Position numbers and translations under genes: made by a program | Source of the DNA: Cycas panzhihuaensis | Lineage: Eukaryota; Plantae; Cycadophyta | Assembly: GCA_023213395.1 (NCBI GenBank) | Contig: CM041465.1 | Location: 134,671,741-134,735,740, forward strand | Direction: 5' to 3' | Length of the DNA stretch: 64,000 nt | Shown here: in pieces, positions 51,517-63,100 of the stretch | Position numbering within the stretch: position 1 is the first letter of the stretch | Layout of the letters: each line of letters starts with the position of its first letter | Notes under the pieces: model-generated | Told to the model about the DNA's origin: nothing | Seen by the model: only the letters and a program-made list of their open reading frames with translations | Database searches by the model: none

Positions 51517-53712
51517 GGATCCTTGAAATTCAAATGAAACACTGGTACAGAGACTGTATGGCTTTTACTTGCTGCAGATTTTTAAACCAAGTGAAATGTC
51601 TATTCTTACTTGATCATTTGTGATTTGCAGTTATGATATGGAGGCAGTTTATTTTGATGAGAGTGTAAGAACAACAAAGCGTCAGCAGTTGGTGTCCAAA
51701 TCATTGGATGTAAGTTCTTTTTGATCTTTATTGTTGTCCAGGAAACATAGGGTGTGGATGTGTTTGCAAATCTTTAGAATAAGGGTTGTCATAATTGCAT
51801 GTACACCTTGGTTTTAGCAATTGTGTGCAATGAAGTATCTCTTGTTTTTACAAAGTTTGAATGTTGCACAGCTCATATATCCTGCTTACCAAGCTATGCT
51901 GGGACACCTCCGCACTATGGCTTTCAATAAGTTCAAGAATGAGCTTGAACATGCCATTAAAAATGGGGAAGGGTTTGCAGCTGCAATTCGCTGCTGCACT
52001 GAAAGTTGCATGGCAGAATTTGATCAGGGATGTGCAGGTGTGTTCAGTGTCCAAATTGTTTAGTTGACTTTATTTATAACTAGATCCGTGAGGCTTTATG
52101 AAGGTGTGTTTCTTGGTTCTGATATGGAGCACCTTTATATTCTCTGAAGCAAACTGGTAGTAACTGCTTTATATTAGAACAGGACTATGAAGTAGAACGG
52201 ACCAATCATCTAATTTTGCATGTCAATTTTTCTTGTTTTGTGGTGCTGTACTTTTTTTTGCCCTGTGCTTTTTTTTTTTTTTAATTTACAATTTTGTATT
52301 TGGTAAGCCCATTAATCCCTATTTGTGATCTGACAGCTTGATTTGACCTTGGTGACTGATCACTGCAAGATGGGCCATACCAATGCCAATTGCCTTTACA
52401 TTGTGGGCATGAAAAATTTTCCTTTGTGTAAACTATTTGATTGGTGCTGCATTAAGGTTGAATGATGCTTCACCGTGGTCACAAAGCATTGTGATTAGCA
52501 ATTCAACATCGGAAAGATAGGTTTTGCGGTGTTATTTCTAGAAGTCTCACATTAGGTGGTTGAACTTAGTGTAATGCATCCTTGCAACCTTGTTTGTTAC
52601 CGTTAAGTTCAAGCACTGCGTTTTACATGTCTGACATTTTGTTTGGGAGATATTTATGTGAATAAGTCTGCTTCTTTCTAATGCCACCTATAGATAACTC
52701 TGCCTTGTTCTTCTTCATTTGATAAGTGGCTTGTAACTATTGATCTTTTCTGGGTTGCCGCACATAATTCAATTTAAGGTTAGTGTTCTATTATTTTTAG
52801 TTTTGAGTTGCAGATCCCTGTTTATGTGTTAGAAAGTTTTCATCTTTTCCATTTTAAATATGCATATGAACCCTGCAACAGCTGTACTCCAATATTCTGG
52901 GTTACTGACATTAGGCTTTAAATTACAGATGCAACTGTTTGGCAAGCAAATTGGGACTCATTTAAGTTTAGAGAAAAACTCCGCCGAGATATCGATGCTC
53001 ACGCAACATCCGTGCGTGCTGCTAAGCTGTCAGAAATCAAAAACCAATTTGAGGTACAAGCATCCCATTATATACCGACATCCAGGTTTTTAATGCTAAC
53101 ATGGATTCCCCATGTGGGACAGAGTTCAAGTACTATTGGCCTTATTGCTCTTAAGTTTAAAGGCTGCTTGATTGTTGAAATTTCTTCTCCCATCATTATG
53201 GGAACTTTGGCATGATGTTCATTGGTTAGGTTTTTCTTCATGGTTGTGTAGGCACACCTTAGTGAAGCACTTTCTGAACCAGTGGCATCTCTTCTTGATG
53301 CTGCATCACGAGAGACATGGCCAGCTATAAGGAAACTTCTAAAGCATGAAACAGAGGCTGCAGTATTAAAGTTCTCATCTGCCATTGCTGGATTTGAGAT
53401 CGATGAGAAGACTTCTCAAGAGATGGTTGAGAATTTGAAAGATTATGCAAGAGGTGTTGTGGAGAAAAAGGCTAGAGAAGAAGCAGGGCAAGTGCTGATT
53501 CGCATGAAGGACAGGTAAATTGGTTTTCTTGTCTGTACGTTATTCTTAGAATTGCGGTTTTTTTTTTTATTTAGGTATATAGACCTGTTCAATTTTTGGT
53601 GGCCATGTCTTTCAGGTTTTCAACTGTCTTCAGTCATGATTCTGAGTCAATGCCAAGGGTCTGGACTGGGAAAGAAGACGTTCGAGCTATCACGAAGGAT
53701 GCTCGTTCTGCG
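32455..53712 (+). CDS. RHD3: ROOT HAIR DEFECTIVE 3 / Sey1 atlastin-type GTPase, internal 16 exons (1589 nt, ~530 codons; 5' and 3' exons outside window)
   Basis: The spliced exons give one open frame, [76 protein letters not shown], colinear with plant RHD3. All introns are GT-AG and phases are consistent. Confidence 0.97.
32622..32724 (+). CDS. RHD3: RHD3 exon ([34 protein letters not shown])
   Basis: ccag|G...GAG|gtgatt. Confidence 0.95.
34583..35180 (-). mobile_element. Element F: 3' fragment of a Gypsy element related to A (chromodomain-like pol tail, PPT, 3' LTR)
   Basis: The - strand reads [33 protein letters not shown] (34921-35110). The LTR/PPT junction at 34897 resembles that of A at 667. 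Outer LTR boundary approximate. Confidence 0.65.
35181..39492 (+). mobile_element. Element G: 3'-truncated CRM-like Ty3/Gypsy (5' LTR, PBS, gag, PR, RT, start of RNase H)
   Basis: LTR ~35181-35499. PBS TGGTATCAGAGC at 35502-35513. gag from ATG 37046 (KISI..FEG..LEAYFK; [10 protein letters not shown]). Protease [34 protein letters not shown] (38789-39223). Ends at [14 protein letters not shown]. Confidence 0.88.
36661..37040 (+). repeat. Five-copy leader motif array CATAAGCCC-N5-7-AGGCAGGCGTACC upstream of G gag
   Basis: Copies start at 36711, 36785, 36867, 36935 and 37005. Confidence 0.8.
39547..41979 (-). mobile_element. Element H: internally deleted chromoviral Gypsy (Reina-like) remnant: 5' LTR + PBS, unrelated LTR-like filler, RNase H-integrase
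   Basis: LTR 41637-41979. PBS rc TGGTATCAGAGC at 41623-41634. RNase H ([20 protein letters not shown], 40654-40959), zinc finger ([12 protein letters not shown]) and integrase core ([13 protein letters not shown], 39989-40348). That the LTR and pol pieces belong to one element is inferred. Confidence 0.75.
41980..47095 (+). mobile_element. Element K: chromoviral Gypsy (Reina-like) pol remnant RT-RH-IN-chromodomain, no LTRs retained, interrupted by J
   Basis: RT ..VMPF|CLTNAP..FLDDI split at 42284/44771; RNase H; integrase (MDFTMGL..); chromodomain EPEEIL..EYLIKWK..EDVIWE near 46940-47060. Confidence 0.88.
42285..44765 (-). mobile_element. Element J: Ty1/Copia (Tork/Tnt1-like) with a large 5' internal deletion
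   Basis: Perfect TSD ATTTT (42280-42284 / 44766-44770). Complete 3' LTR 42285-42889, only the outer ~110 bp of the 5' LTR (~44656-44765). RT ([20 protein letters not shown]) and RNase H ORFs 42938-44510. Confidence 0.92.
47096..47721 (+). repeat. LTR-like fragment with 23-bp-period tandem array (GTTCTGGCCGACT x5 at 47124-47230)
   Basis: Abrupt junction with the K pol end; motif at 47124, 47147, 47170, 47193 and 47216; ends ...TTTAACA. LTR identity and right boundary are inferred. Confidence 0.5.
48428..48498 (+). CDS. RHD3: RHD3 exon ([24 protein letters not shown])
   Basis: tcag|GAT...AT|gtaagt. Confidence 0.95.
48608..48671 (+). CDS. RHD3: RHD3 exon ([21 protein letters not shown])
   Basis: gtag|G...CAG|gtattc. 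Confidence 0.95.
48765..48830 (+). CDS. RHD3: RHD3 exon ([22 protein letters not shown])
   Basis: acag|GTT...AAG|gtgcat. Confidence 0.95.
48991..49038 (+). CDS. RHD3: RHD3 exon ([16 protein letters not shown])
   Basis: gtag|ACT...AAG|gtgaat. Confidence 0.95.
49128..49190 (+). CDS. RHD3: RHD3 exon ([21 protein letters not shown])
   Basis: gcag|ATA...AAT|gtttgt. Confidence 0.93.
49351..49407 (+). CDS. RHD3: RHD3 exon ([19 protein letters not shown])
   Basis: gtag|GTT...CAG|gtaaag. Confidence 0.95.
49812..49970 (+). CDS. RHD3: RHD3 exon ([22 protein letters not shown]...DLDLPAHK)
   Basis: atag|GTT...AAG|gtgctc. Confidence 0.95.
50084..50152 (+). CDS. RHD3: RHD3 exon ([23 protein letters not shown])
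   Basis: acag|GTG...GAG|gtacta. Confidence 0.95.
50654..50745 (+). CDS. RHD3: RHD3 exon ([31 protein letters not shown])
   Basis: ctag|GGT...GG|gtaggt. Confidence 0.93.
51473..51514. repeat. (AC)21 microsatellite in RHD3 intron
   Basis: Perfect dinucleotide run. Confidence 0.98.
51631..51709 (+). CDS. RHD3: RHD3 exon ([26 protein letters not shown])
   Basis: gcag|T...GAT|gtaagt. Confidence 0.95.
51872..52037 (+). CDS. RHD3: RHD3 exon ([14 protein letters not shown]...EFDQGCA)
   Basis: acag|CTC...G|gtgtgt. Confidence 0.93.
52929..53053 (+). CDS. RHD3: RHD3 exon ([10 protein letters not shown]...LSEIKNQFE)
   Basis: acag|AT...GAG|gtacaa. Confidence 0.93.
53252..53514 (+). CDS. RHD3: RHD3 exon ([11 protein letters not shown]...TWPAIRKLL...RMKDR)
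   Basis: gtag|GCA...AG|gtaaat. Confidence 0.95.
53616..53712 (+). CDS. RHD3: RHD3 exon ([32 protein letters not shown])
   Basis: tcag|G...GCG|gtatag. Confidence 0.95.
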
Positions 53713-56700
53713 GTATAGTTGCTTTGGATTCCCTTTTCTTAATGTTCAAAAATTCCTTGCATATTGAGTATATTATCTCCTTTGGCAATGCATCTTAGTT
53801 GTTATTAACTGTATCGTGTGAGTTCAATGGTGGATGGCCTTTGAGCCACACCACGGAGACCATAATCAGCGCAGCTGAGAAAGCTGGCTTTGAGTTCTAT
53901 TGAGTAGTATTTGGGGCATGCATCAAAGCTTGCTGCACTAGGAAGGTTGCATTAGTCAGTGCATGCTTGTCTTGTGCATTGAGAAGCTGGATTTAATGAA
54001 AATCCAAGTTCATAGTTTGATGCCTTTCAGGCCTTGTAGAGTTGAGTCCTCTGCAAGATCTTTCTGTAGGTTCTTTTGTAGGTTTAAGCCATGAGGGACG
54101 ATCATGAATGCAGCTATGAATTTTATGCATTTGGTAGCTCTATTTTCAATCGGACTTTTTGCTGAGATTGGGCACTCTTATTGAGGAGCATCTAGCCACA
54201 TGTGATGGCTATGTTTCATGCATTGTTTCAGCAGGGTTTCATCACATTTGAAACTGATTTGAGTCCACCCTAGGATTAAAGTTTTACTGTTGCACAGTAT
54301 TTGATTCAATTATTAAAATTGTCACATACCCTTCCCAGGTATTGTCATGTGGCACGTCATCACTAGTTACTCCCAGGTCATTTATTGTGCATTGAACCTC
54401 TGGTGCACTTAACTGAGGAACTCTGCATGAAAAAGTTTGAACTAACTTGCCAAAAGGCTTACGGGTAATATGTTTGGATTGATGTTGTCTTCCTATTGTA
54501 GATACAACAAAGTGTGCTCCACGCCTTTAGAATATTCCTCCCAGGGTGTTGTACCTGAGTCTGACCCCTTACCCTGGTATCCGTGTATGGTCAATTAAAC
54601 AAAAAAAACCAATTGTTTTTATAAAGTTATTTTAAAAATCCCAACCATATTTTTTCAATGAAGTGTCCCTTTTTTGGTATGCGACTTGTGGCTGTTGACC
54701 ACATGCAGCCCTTCATCGCAGTTAGTGTTTTTTGCTGGCTTCAGGCAACCTTCATGGGTTGGGTGATTTGTGAAAACAAAATTTGAAACCTAAAATAAAA
54801 TTAAAACACACACCCGGACACACAAATATCCGTCTGCCTAATGCTATTCAAAGTATCGCCCTTTAGATGGAAACATAGAAAACAGACCAAAGCTTAGCAG
54901 AGATATCATTATGACTGCTGCCTATTTTTTTTCTGCCTTTGATTTCATATAGTTTGACTCTGTTACTCGAGGTTTTGAATGTTGCCCAGAAGGTTGGGGC
55001 TTATGTAATAGCTATTGAATCATGGGGATATGGCATGATACTATGATATACTCAAAATTTTGTACAAGGCATTTGTTTTATGGCATACCTTTAACCTTTC
55101 GTTCAAGGCTTTTGTATGTTTTTGAACAATTCTGAACATGTATATATTTAAAAAAAATGTTCTGGTTTCCCCCACCCCCACTGCTTTCTCAAATGATCAT
55201 ATTGAATTTTTACGCCCTGTAATACTTTTTTTTTTTTTTTCTGAACATGGTTATTATGCCCCTTACCTAGGTGATCATCTCATCTCTATCTCAGCCTCAA
55301 ACATGAAGGGCACTGTATAGTTGGCTATGATACCGATTCACATACTCAGCCAAGTATACTTAGGTGGTACAGATCATTACTACTTCCTCACAGATCACCT
55401 GCTATGGATTGAACCTATTGCCGATCTTTGTGGGATTGTGGAGTTTTATCTTGAAGAACCTTTAGCCAACTTGGCAAATGACCGATAGGTGATATATTTA
55501 GGTCATTGTCACATTCCAATAGGAGACAAAAGAAATATTGCTACAAAAGTTGGTGGCTACTTCTGCTTGAGTCTTGCCTTCATTGGCGAGTCAAGGCATC
55601 TGCAATTTAAATCTGATCTAGAAACAAAAGAGCTAAAGCAAATGTAAAATACATAACTTGATGATGGTGTCGACATGAACATTAATTTTATTATCATGGA
55701 GGTAGGGTAGGATGCACTGCATGACACAAGAAGTCATATGAATTGGTGTGTTAGGAATAGTTAACTAGATGTTTTTACAGAGATGTTGGACTTACGATCT
55801 TTCTTTTTTCTTTGCTTTTGTACAAATGGATGAAAATTTTTGTATTGATTTTGTGACTGTCAAATTGATGCAAGAGTGAGGTTCATTGAACACTGATTTG
55901 AAGGGGCTAGCAAAGACCACCACTAGTGTTTTCTGATATAATCTTGGTAGAGTATTGTAGAGGTTTTTAAACCTATAAATTTGGCAGAATGCAAGCTAAG
56001 TTATATACATCCAAATGTTGATAATCTGATAGAATTTGCTGGTGGTGTCCAATGAATGGAAGAGAGTTAAAAATAAATTAATGGAGATATATAAAGCAAT
56101 AATGCAAAACATAAAATTTGGCCATTGCAAATGATGATGTGTATGTCAATGCTGCAGTCGTTTATTAAATGGAAGGTTACAAGGATGCATGGTTGCATGA
56201 ACCTGATGCGGTGTTTGAAAATAGGGGTTTACAAGCTTTGGGTGTGGTGGGTTTTTTGAGGGATTTGAGCATCGTGCAAAATAAATTTAAACACTCTTTT
56301 TCAAACAATGAGTGGTCAATTCCCCTCCTGAGTGACCTGAAAAGCAACCCTGTCCATGGTGTGTGCACCCATTGGGGTGTGATGATCTTACTAGTCAGAG
56401 AAAATATTTTCACTGTTTTGGTGCCAAGTTTGAAAACAGCTCATAAGCACCCTATACGTCTTAGTGCATAGATAAGACGTGGTGGAATGGAAGGCAAAAG
56501 AAGCAATAATATCCACTGGCTTGAAATACTCTACACTTTACAACCAGTAGATATGCATCAATAGAGTATATGGTAGAAGTGAGATTACTTTTTGTTTATG
56601 CCAAGTAGATTGATTCATTACATGATTATTATTGAAGGTATGGATGCTTTCAGCTTGTATATTTTGTCATAAGAGGGAAATTAACCCTTAACATAAGAAA

Positions 56701-58273
56701 GCAAAGTAAACTCAAGTGGTGAATTAACCCTTAAGACAACCAATGCGAGTTAAGCACAAAGGTGGCTTCCCATTTGTCAACTAAGAGGCGTGCGTCTGTT
56801 GGCTGAAACTCAATATAGTAGTTGTCTCAAGGCTACCTGTTTGTGCTTCTGCCACATGTCCTCCTTCAATTTGGCCTTGGTTACTCCATCATCATGTGTC
56901 AACGTCCTTATGACCTCATTTTATGTTAATCTTCATTCATTTGCAACAATTAGTCAATAGGAAGCATAAACGACACACACAACCAGGCATATTTTACAAC
57001 ATTTTCCACATGACTTCTTGTTCCATTAGACGAACACTCAACGCATGTTCTTGGGTTGTGCTTTACTTTGGGTTGTATTGACTTAGTTAGCACTTACACC
57101 AAAACTGAGGTGAACATGCCCTATTTATACCCATTTACAAATGCCCTTATACAAAAGGGTGTAACTTTTAACATAAACCTTTTGATCTTTGGTGATAATT
57201 ACATAATTACAATTAGTTACAACTATGTGATGGTGCCTTTTGTTATCTTTATACGTTTATATAGATATTGACATCATTTGTTGTAGTCCTATTGATCAAA
57301 CATTGAATAAAGATTGCCTTTATCACGTGTTCTTTAATGTGCGTTCCTGACTGTCACATGTGTTCCCTTCTCCGTGTTCATAGCTATCATGTGTTCCTAA
57401 GTTCTGAATGCATATACTAAGTGTTCCCTAAGAGCACTTCTGTTCACTATTTTTGTGTTCCAATTGTCTTGTGCATTGCTTCTTCCATTCCTTCTGCCCA
57501 TGCCAGCCATTTCTTAGGCTATTTCCACTGTTCCAAGTGTTTGTATGCCAGATTTTGCCATATACATCTATCTGGGTGTTCAGAAATGTTTAGCATTCTT
57601 GCTCAAAAACCCCAAATGCGTCCTTGAATGCCATTATGTTAAAATATTTGCTAAAAATTTTGTTTTTGGTGGGGCTATCCTTCCCCCCTATCCTTCTCAT
57701 GAGGTGCTCATGTTGCTTGTTGAACTATGCTTCTCTGATGGTTACATTATTCCTTAGCCTCTTTATTGTTTCTTCTTGATCTTACACTTGCTTGGCCATG
57801 TCCTCATTCAATTTCATTAAGCTCTCAATTTCCATGTTTTTTTTGTGTCAACTTCTATTCCAAAGTATTGATTTTCTCTTGGTATTCTGCATCCATCATA
57901 TCGAGCAACCGATTTATTTGTTGGACCCTATTTCTAGTGAATCTCCTTGCCCAGGCTGAACTTTCCCTAGGCTCCCTATGAACCTGTTGCTAAGGTGGAG
58001 GAATATCTTGCTCAAACTCCTTTGACTTCCCTAGTTGCTCATATGGGGATGACGACTCTTTTTTGTCTTGACCTCTTAGCCTCTCAACTTTCTTTTTGGT
58101 CACTTGCTTTGGCCTATGATGGAATGGCCCTGTCGACTCTTGTTGGAATCATTTAACAATTGTTTCCATTGTTATTTTCACTTGATTTTTGGCTCTTGTG
58201 TGTCATGTTTGAATAGATCTCTCCACTGTTGCAACAATGATCCATTCTCCTTGACTTCCACTTATGGTAGCTA

Positions 58274-59363
58274 TGTAGTGGTGCCCACCGATATTATATA
58301 GATAATATAATGGTTACAACAGAAATTACCCAAATAATAATATCTCAGCGTGCATACATCAAATTATGAACATCATCCTTATACATCACAGCAGATTTCC
58401 ACCATAAATCAGAGATAATAACTCATCTACTGAATAATATCAGAAAGTGCAGCAGTAACATTAGATTATATAGTAAATAGTAGATGAAATGTCTCAAGTA
58501 ATATTGCCCTGTTCGAGGCGAGCGTGTCCTTCCAAGTGGCACAGCAGTGCCTAATGGCCCTAGGCCATTATTTCAGATCCAATATTAAATTTTCAAAAGA
58601 TGATTACAAAAGAATAAGGCTCCTCTATTTATAGTCTTACTTTTCTCTCTCTAAAACTATTTCCTAATTCTCTCTCCTAAAAATACCGGCTTTACATATA
58701 TTAAAAATACATTCAATATATCCTCCTTTATCTTTCTAAAACCGGATTCCACATTATTCCTAAAAATATTGACTTCTTAATTTAGGAATGTAACAACCTG
58801 AGTTATCGCTAGTGATAAAACAATACTGCCAGTAGCAATGATGGTTTCCTAAAACATGTTGGGAGAAGTTCCCATCTTTTGGAACTGTTGTCTCATAGAT
58901 TCTATAAGACACTTGCTCTAGTTTAGTATTTCTCCCTACTGTATCTTCATTAGTACTAATAACATACCTCTTGGACAATAGGTAAACTCCTTTTTAGCTA
59001 GGAATCAAGTTAGTAATATCCTTGCTACCTGCTTCAATTTTTTATATGTTAAACCACCAATTTTGATGCTCCCGAGTAGCATTGTATTTTTGGTCTGCAT
59101 AATTGCCAAATCCAAAACTCTGGGTCTACTTCTAATCGCTTAGTCCCCCATGACACCACTTCGGTTTTGAGAAGGTTAGTTAACTTGTTAATTATGTCAG
59201 TAGAGATCTCTGCTTGATCCATGTGTTGAGCAACTTGCTCGATTATCTGCTGCATGACTTCCTTATGCCAATATAATGGTGGCAAATGAACATAATCCAT
59301 CCATCTTGCTTGGATTATGGTAGTTTTGAAATTCTTTGGCACGACATTATATTCCTTTTGCAA
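58274..59363 (-). mobile_element. Element M: putative ~1.07-kb LTR (58274-59346) containing a disrupted unidentified reading frame
   Basis: On the - strand: purine tract AAAAGGAATATAA, then TGTCGTGCC (59346) ... TATA box CTATAAATAG (58634-58625) ... GGGCACCACTACA (58274). ORFs 59049-59363 and 58760-58978. No second LTR or clear TSD. Confidence 0.5.
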
Positions 59364-60177
59364 TTGACAAGGCTATCTCCTAGATTTCAGCTAGCTTCAT
59401 TTATTCCCTTTTATTGATGGCACACTTGGAAATACAGGAAACAACCCTTAGAATACTTGGCAGAACAGAAACAATGGAAATCTCTAACCATTTTGGGTGT
59501 GAAATGTTGACTCTGAAGAATGTGGAGTGATAAAGTGTTGGAGCACTTTAGTCTCTATGCTGGAATGTTTGATTCCCTATGGAAAATCATCACTGGAGTG
59601 CTTTAGTTGTTCTAGGACATAGTTTTGCAAGTGTTCCTACATTCCAATGATGAATGCACAATGGTGGAATGCTTCCATTGGAGCTGAAATTTAACTACCT
59701 TCTCCTTGCCCTAGGGTCGCTCTTCTTCTACAACTGAATTCGTGATGAAATGAGGTCAAATGGAGCTTTTATTCTTTGCACGAGTTGCTGCATTCCTTGA
59801 AGCATTCCTATTAGGAACAATTCAGGGGGATGTACCTCACTTCTTCCTTTAATTTTCTCTTTTTATTAGCAAGTTGTCCCAAAACACATTTTTATGTTTC
59901 ATGAGTGTTCTAGAATATCTCAAGAACACATTTTGTAAGAAATTGGGATCCTCGCTTTTTCACATAAGAATGGCAACTTTTATAGCTAGAATAGTGTCTT
60001 TATTGCTTTGGGATGTCTCTGTGAAAAGGGGCCTAATGGCCTCACAATCCCAAGATCTAGAAGCTAGGTTCACTCTAGTTCTAGAAAGCACAAATGCTAA
60101 CAAGTATGATACTCTTAAGATGAAAAGCATAAGCAAAACAAAGCATGAAAATGAAGGAGCAAGAGAATGATACCAAA

Positions 60178-63100
60178 TGTGTGGGGTTGGAATTGGTCCA
60201 ACCTCCAAATGAATAAACAGTTTGATTAGCAACCGACAAAGATAACAATACTGACTCCAACTCTATATGAGAACAATGAGAAGAGGTCTCATTATATAGA
60301 GTGAAATGAGAGACCTAAGGCATTGGATGTTTGACAAGTGCCAAACATCCAAGGTACATGCTTTGCGTGTAGGACATGTGCCCTTTTGGAGCTCTCAAGT
60401 GAGCAAAAGTGCATGGGGGGTCATTTGGCCCTTTAGTGACAACGTTGTGTCACTAGAAAGAATGTGGGTGTGCACTTTCACTTAAGTGATAAGTCACCCC
60501 TAAAGTACAAAAGTACAAATATTACATGAAAAATAAAGTACATAATCTTAACATGTAAACATAAGGTTTAACACCTCCCTTTACTGTTTACAATGTTAAG
60601 TCAGACGCCAAGACCATCTCTGAATTTTACAAACTTTTCTCTACCAAGAGGCTTAGTAAAGATATCTGTTGTTTGCTCCTCTGTAGGTCTGTATTGGAGG
60701 TTGATCTCACCATTCTGCACATGCTCTCTGATGAAGTGATGATGAACCTCGATGTGTTTAGTCCGTGCATGAAAAACTGGATTCTTGTCTAACTTGAGTA
60801 CACTTTGATTGTTACAGTATATCCTGGTGGGGTGATCCTGCTCAAGTCCAAGTTCCCAGAACTGTCAGAGCAGATAGCTTCACAAGCTACCGACCGCAGC
60901 TTTGTACTCTGCTTCGGTGGAGGACAAGGTAACATTGGGTTGCTTCTTGCAACTCCACGAAACAACTGCTGAACCAAGAGAAAAACAATATCTCGAGGTT
61001 GATCTCTTGCTATCCTGGCAACCTGCCAAATCAGAATCTAAGAACCCTTCCAGAGTGAAGTTCTCATTATGTGCATACTCAAGGCCATGCTGCAATGTGC
61101 CTTTGATGTATTTAAGTATGCATTTAGCTGCATTCCAATGTTTCTGATTGGGTTGAGACATGTATCGTGAACAAATCCCAACTACAAATGAAATATTCGA
61201 TCGAGTGTTGGTGAGATAAATGAGGCTACCAATGAACTGCCGGTAAAGTGTGGGATCTGTAGGTGCAACTTCCTCATTGAGAGTAAGCTTAGTTCCATTC
61301 TCCATTGGTGTAGGCACTGGCTTGTAGTCATGCATCCTGAACCGCTGCAAAATGTCTCAAGAATATTTCGCTTGGGAGATGAAGATATAGCCTGGCTGTT
61401 GCCATACCTCAAAGCTTAAGAAATAATAGAGAAGTCCAAGATCTGTCATATTGAAACTTCTCTTTAAGTCATCCTGGAGAATGTTTATCATCTTAGTGTC
61501 ATTGCCAGTGATCACTAAGTCATCTACATATAAGACAACAAAAATGGCATGGTTCTTTTCATGTTTGATGTATAGGTTAGGGTCTGAAGTGGATCGATGA
61601 AATCCATGTCTCAAGAAGTAATCATCGATCTTCGAGTACCATGCTCTTGGAGCTTGTTTCAAGCCATATAATGCCTTTTTTAGGCGACATACTAAATGCT
61701 CCTTGCCTTGTACCTTGTAACCGGGAGGCTGCTCCAAGTATACCTCCTCCTGAAGATCGCCATTTAGAAAGGCGCTCTTCACGTCCATCTGAAAGACTGA
61801 CCATTTGCATTGAGCATCTAAAGCCAAGATGAGTCTGATGGTGTTCATATTTGCCACTGGTGCAAAAGTCTCCTCGTAGTCTATACCTTCCTTTTGTTTG
61901 AATCCTTTTGCCACAAGGCGGGCCTTCTGCCGCTTAAGTGTACCATCAGAATGGAATTTGGTCTTGTAGACCCATTTGCAACTGATTGTCTGTTTGTGTT
62001 TAGGCAATTCGACCAAATTCCAAGTACCATTCTTTTCAATAGAATGGGTTTCTTCATCCATGGTAGCCTTCCAATTTTCATTTTTAGAGGCCTCCTCAAA
62101 GGTGGAAGGCTCATCAACACATAGCACTTCATCCATAAGTGCATAAATGGTCTATTGCCTGTATTTTGATGGACGTTTTCCTTCAATGATGTGGCCGTCC
62201 TGAACTGTTTGAGTATACCATTTTGGTAACTTTTGAATTGAAGTGACTTGAACCTCAAGATCTTTTGGTCTAAGTGGTTGATCAACAGAAGATGTGCTAG
62301 GATCAAGTGGAGTCATATCAGATGATGTAGACGGTCCAGCAGGTGCAGATGATGTACATGGAGTAGAAGATTGAGAGGGAAGGAAAGCCTCAACAATCTT
62401 CTTGCCTTTGTCAATGGGGGGTTGCATGGATGCTGTTTGCAACTCCTTATGATCGTCTTCAACAAAGATTACATCTCTTGAGAGATGCATTTTCTTCCCA
62501 ATGGGATCATACAACTTATAGGCTTTGCTATGAATGGCATAACCTACAAAGATGCATTTTAGACTATGCTTGTCTAATTTTGTTCTTTGTTGGTCGGGGA
62601 TGTGCATATAAGCAGTGCACCCAAAAGTCCTCAAATGGCTAACAGTTGGCTTTTTGCCAGACCATGCCTCCTCGGGTGTGATGTTGGTGACTACTATAGT
62701 TGGACTGCGATTGGACACATACACAACTGTGTGGAATGCCTCTGCCCAGTAAGCTCGAGTGAGTCCTTGTGCATACATCATTACTTTGGCTTTATTAGCC
62801 AAAGTTCTGTTCATTCTTTCAGAGACTCCATTTTGTTGAGGAGTGTGAGGAATAGTCAGTTGTCTCTGAATGCCATTATCCTTGCAAAATTGAGTGAATT
62901 CATTTGAAATAAATTCACCTCCATTCTTTGTCCGTAATGTTTTGATAGAGTGGCCAGACTCGTTCTCTACTTCAAGCTTGAATTCTTTGAATTTTGAAGC
63001 GACGAGACTTGTGCTTGATGAAGTAGACCCAGACTTTATGAGAAAAGTCATCAATGAAGGAGATGTAGTACAAAGCTCCTCCAAAAGATGCGGTGGACAT

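Noticed and set aside
56169-56471. 100-aa ORF and a faint integrase zinc-finger-like string (HGQGCFSGHSGGELTTH) on the - strand
   Set aside because: Too degraded to support; no flanking domains or termini recognisable
47420-60232. Numerous short hydrophobic ORFs in the ORF track
   Set aside because: T-rich intron read-through or antisense frames of RHD3 exons and TE sequence, with no recognisable domains
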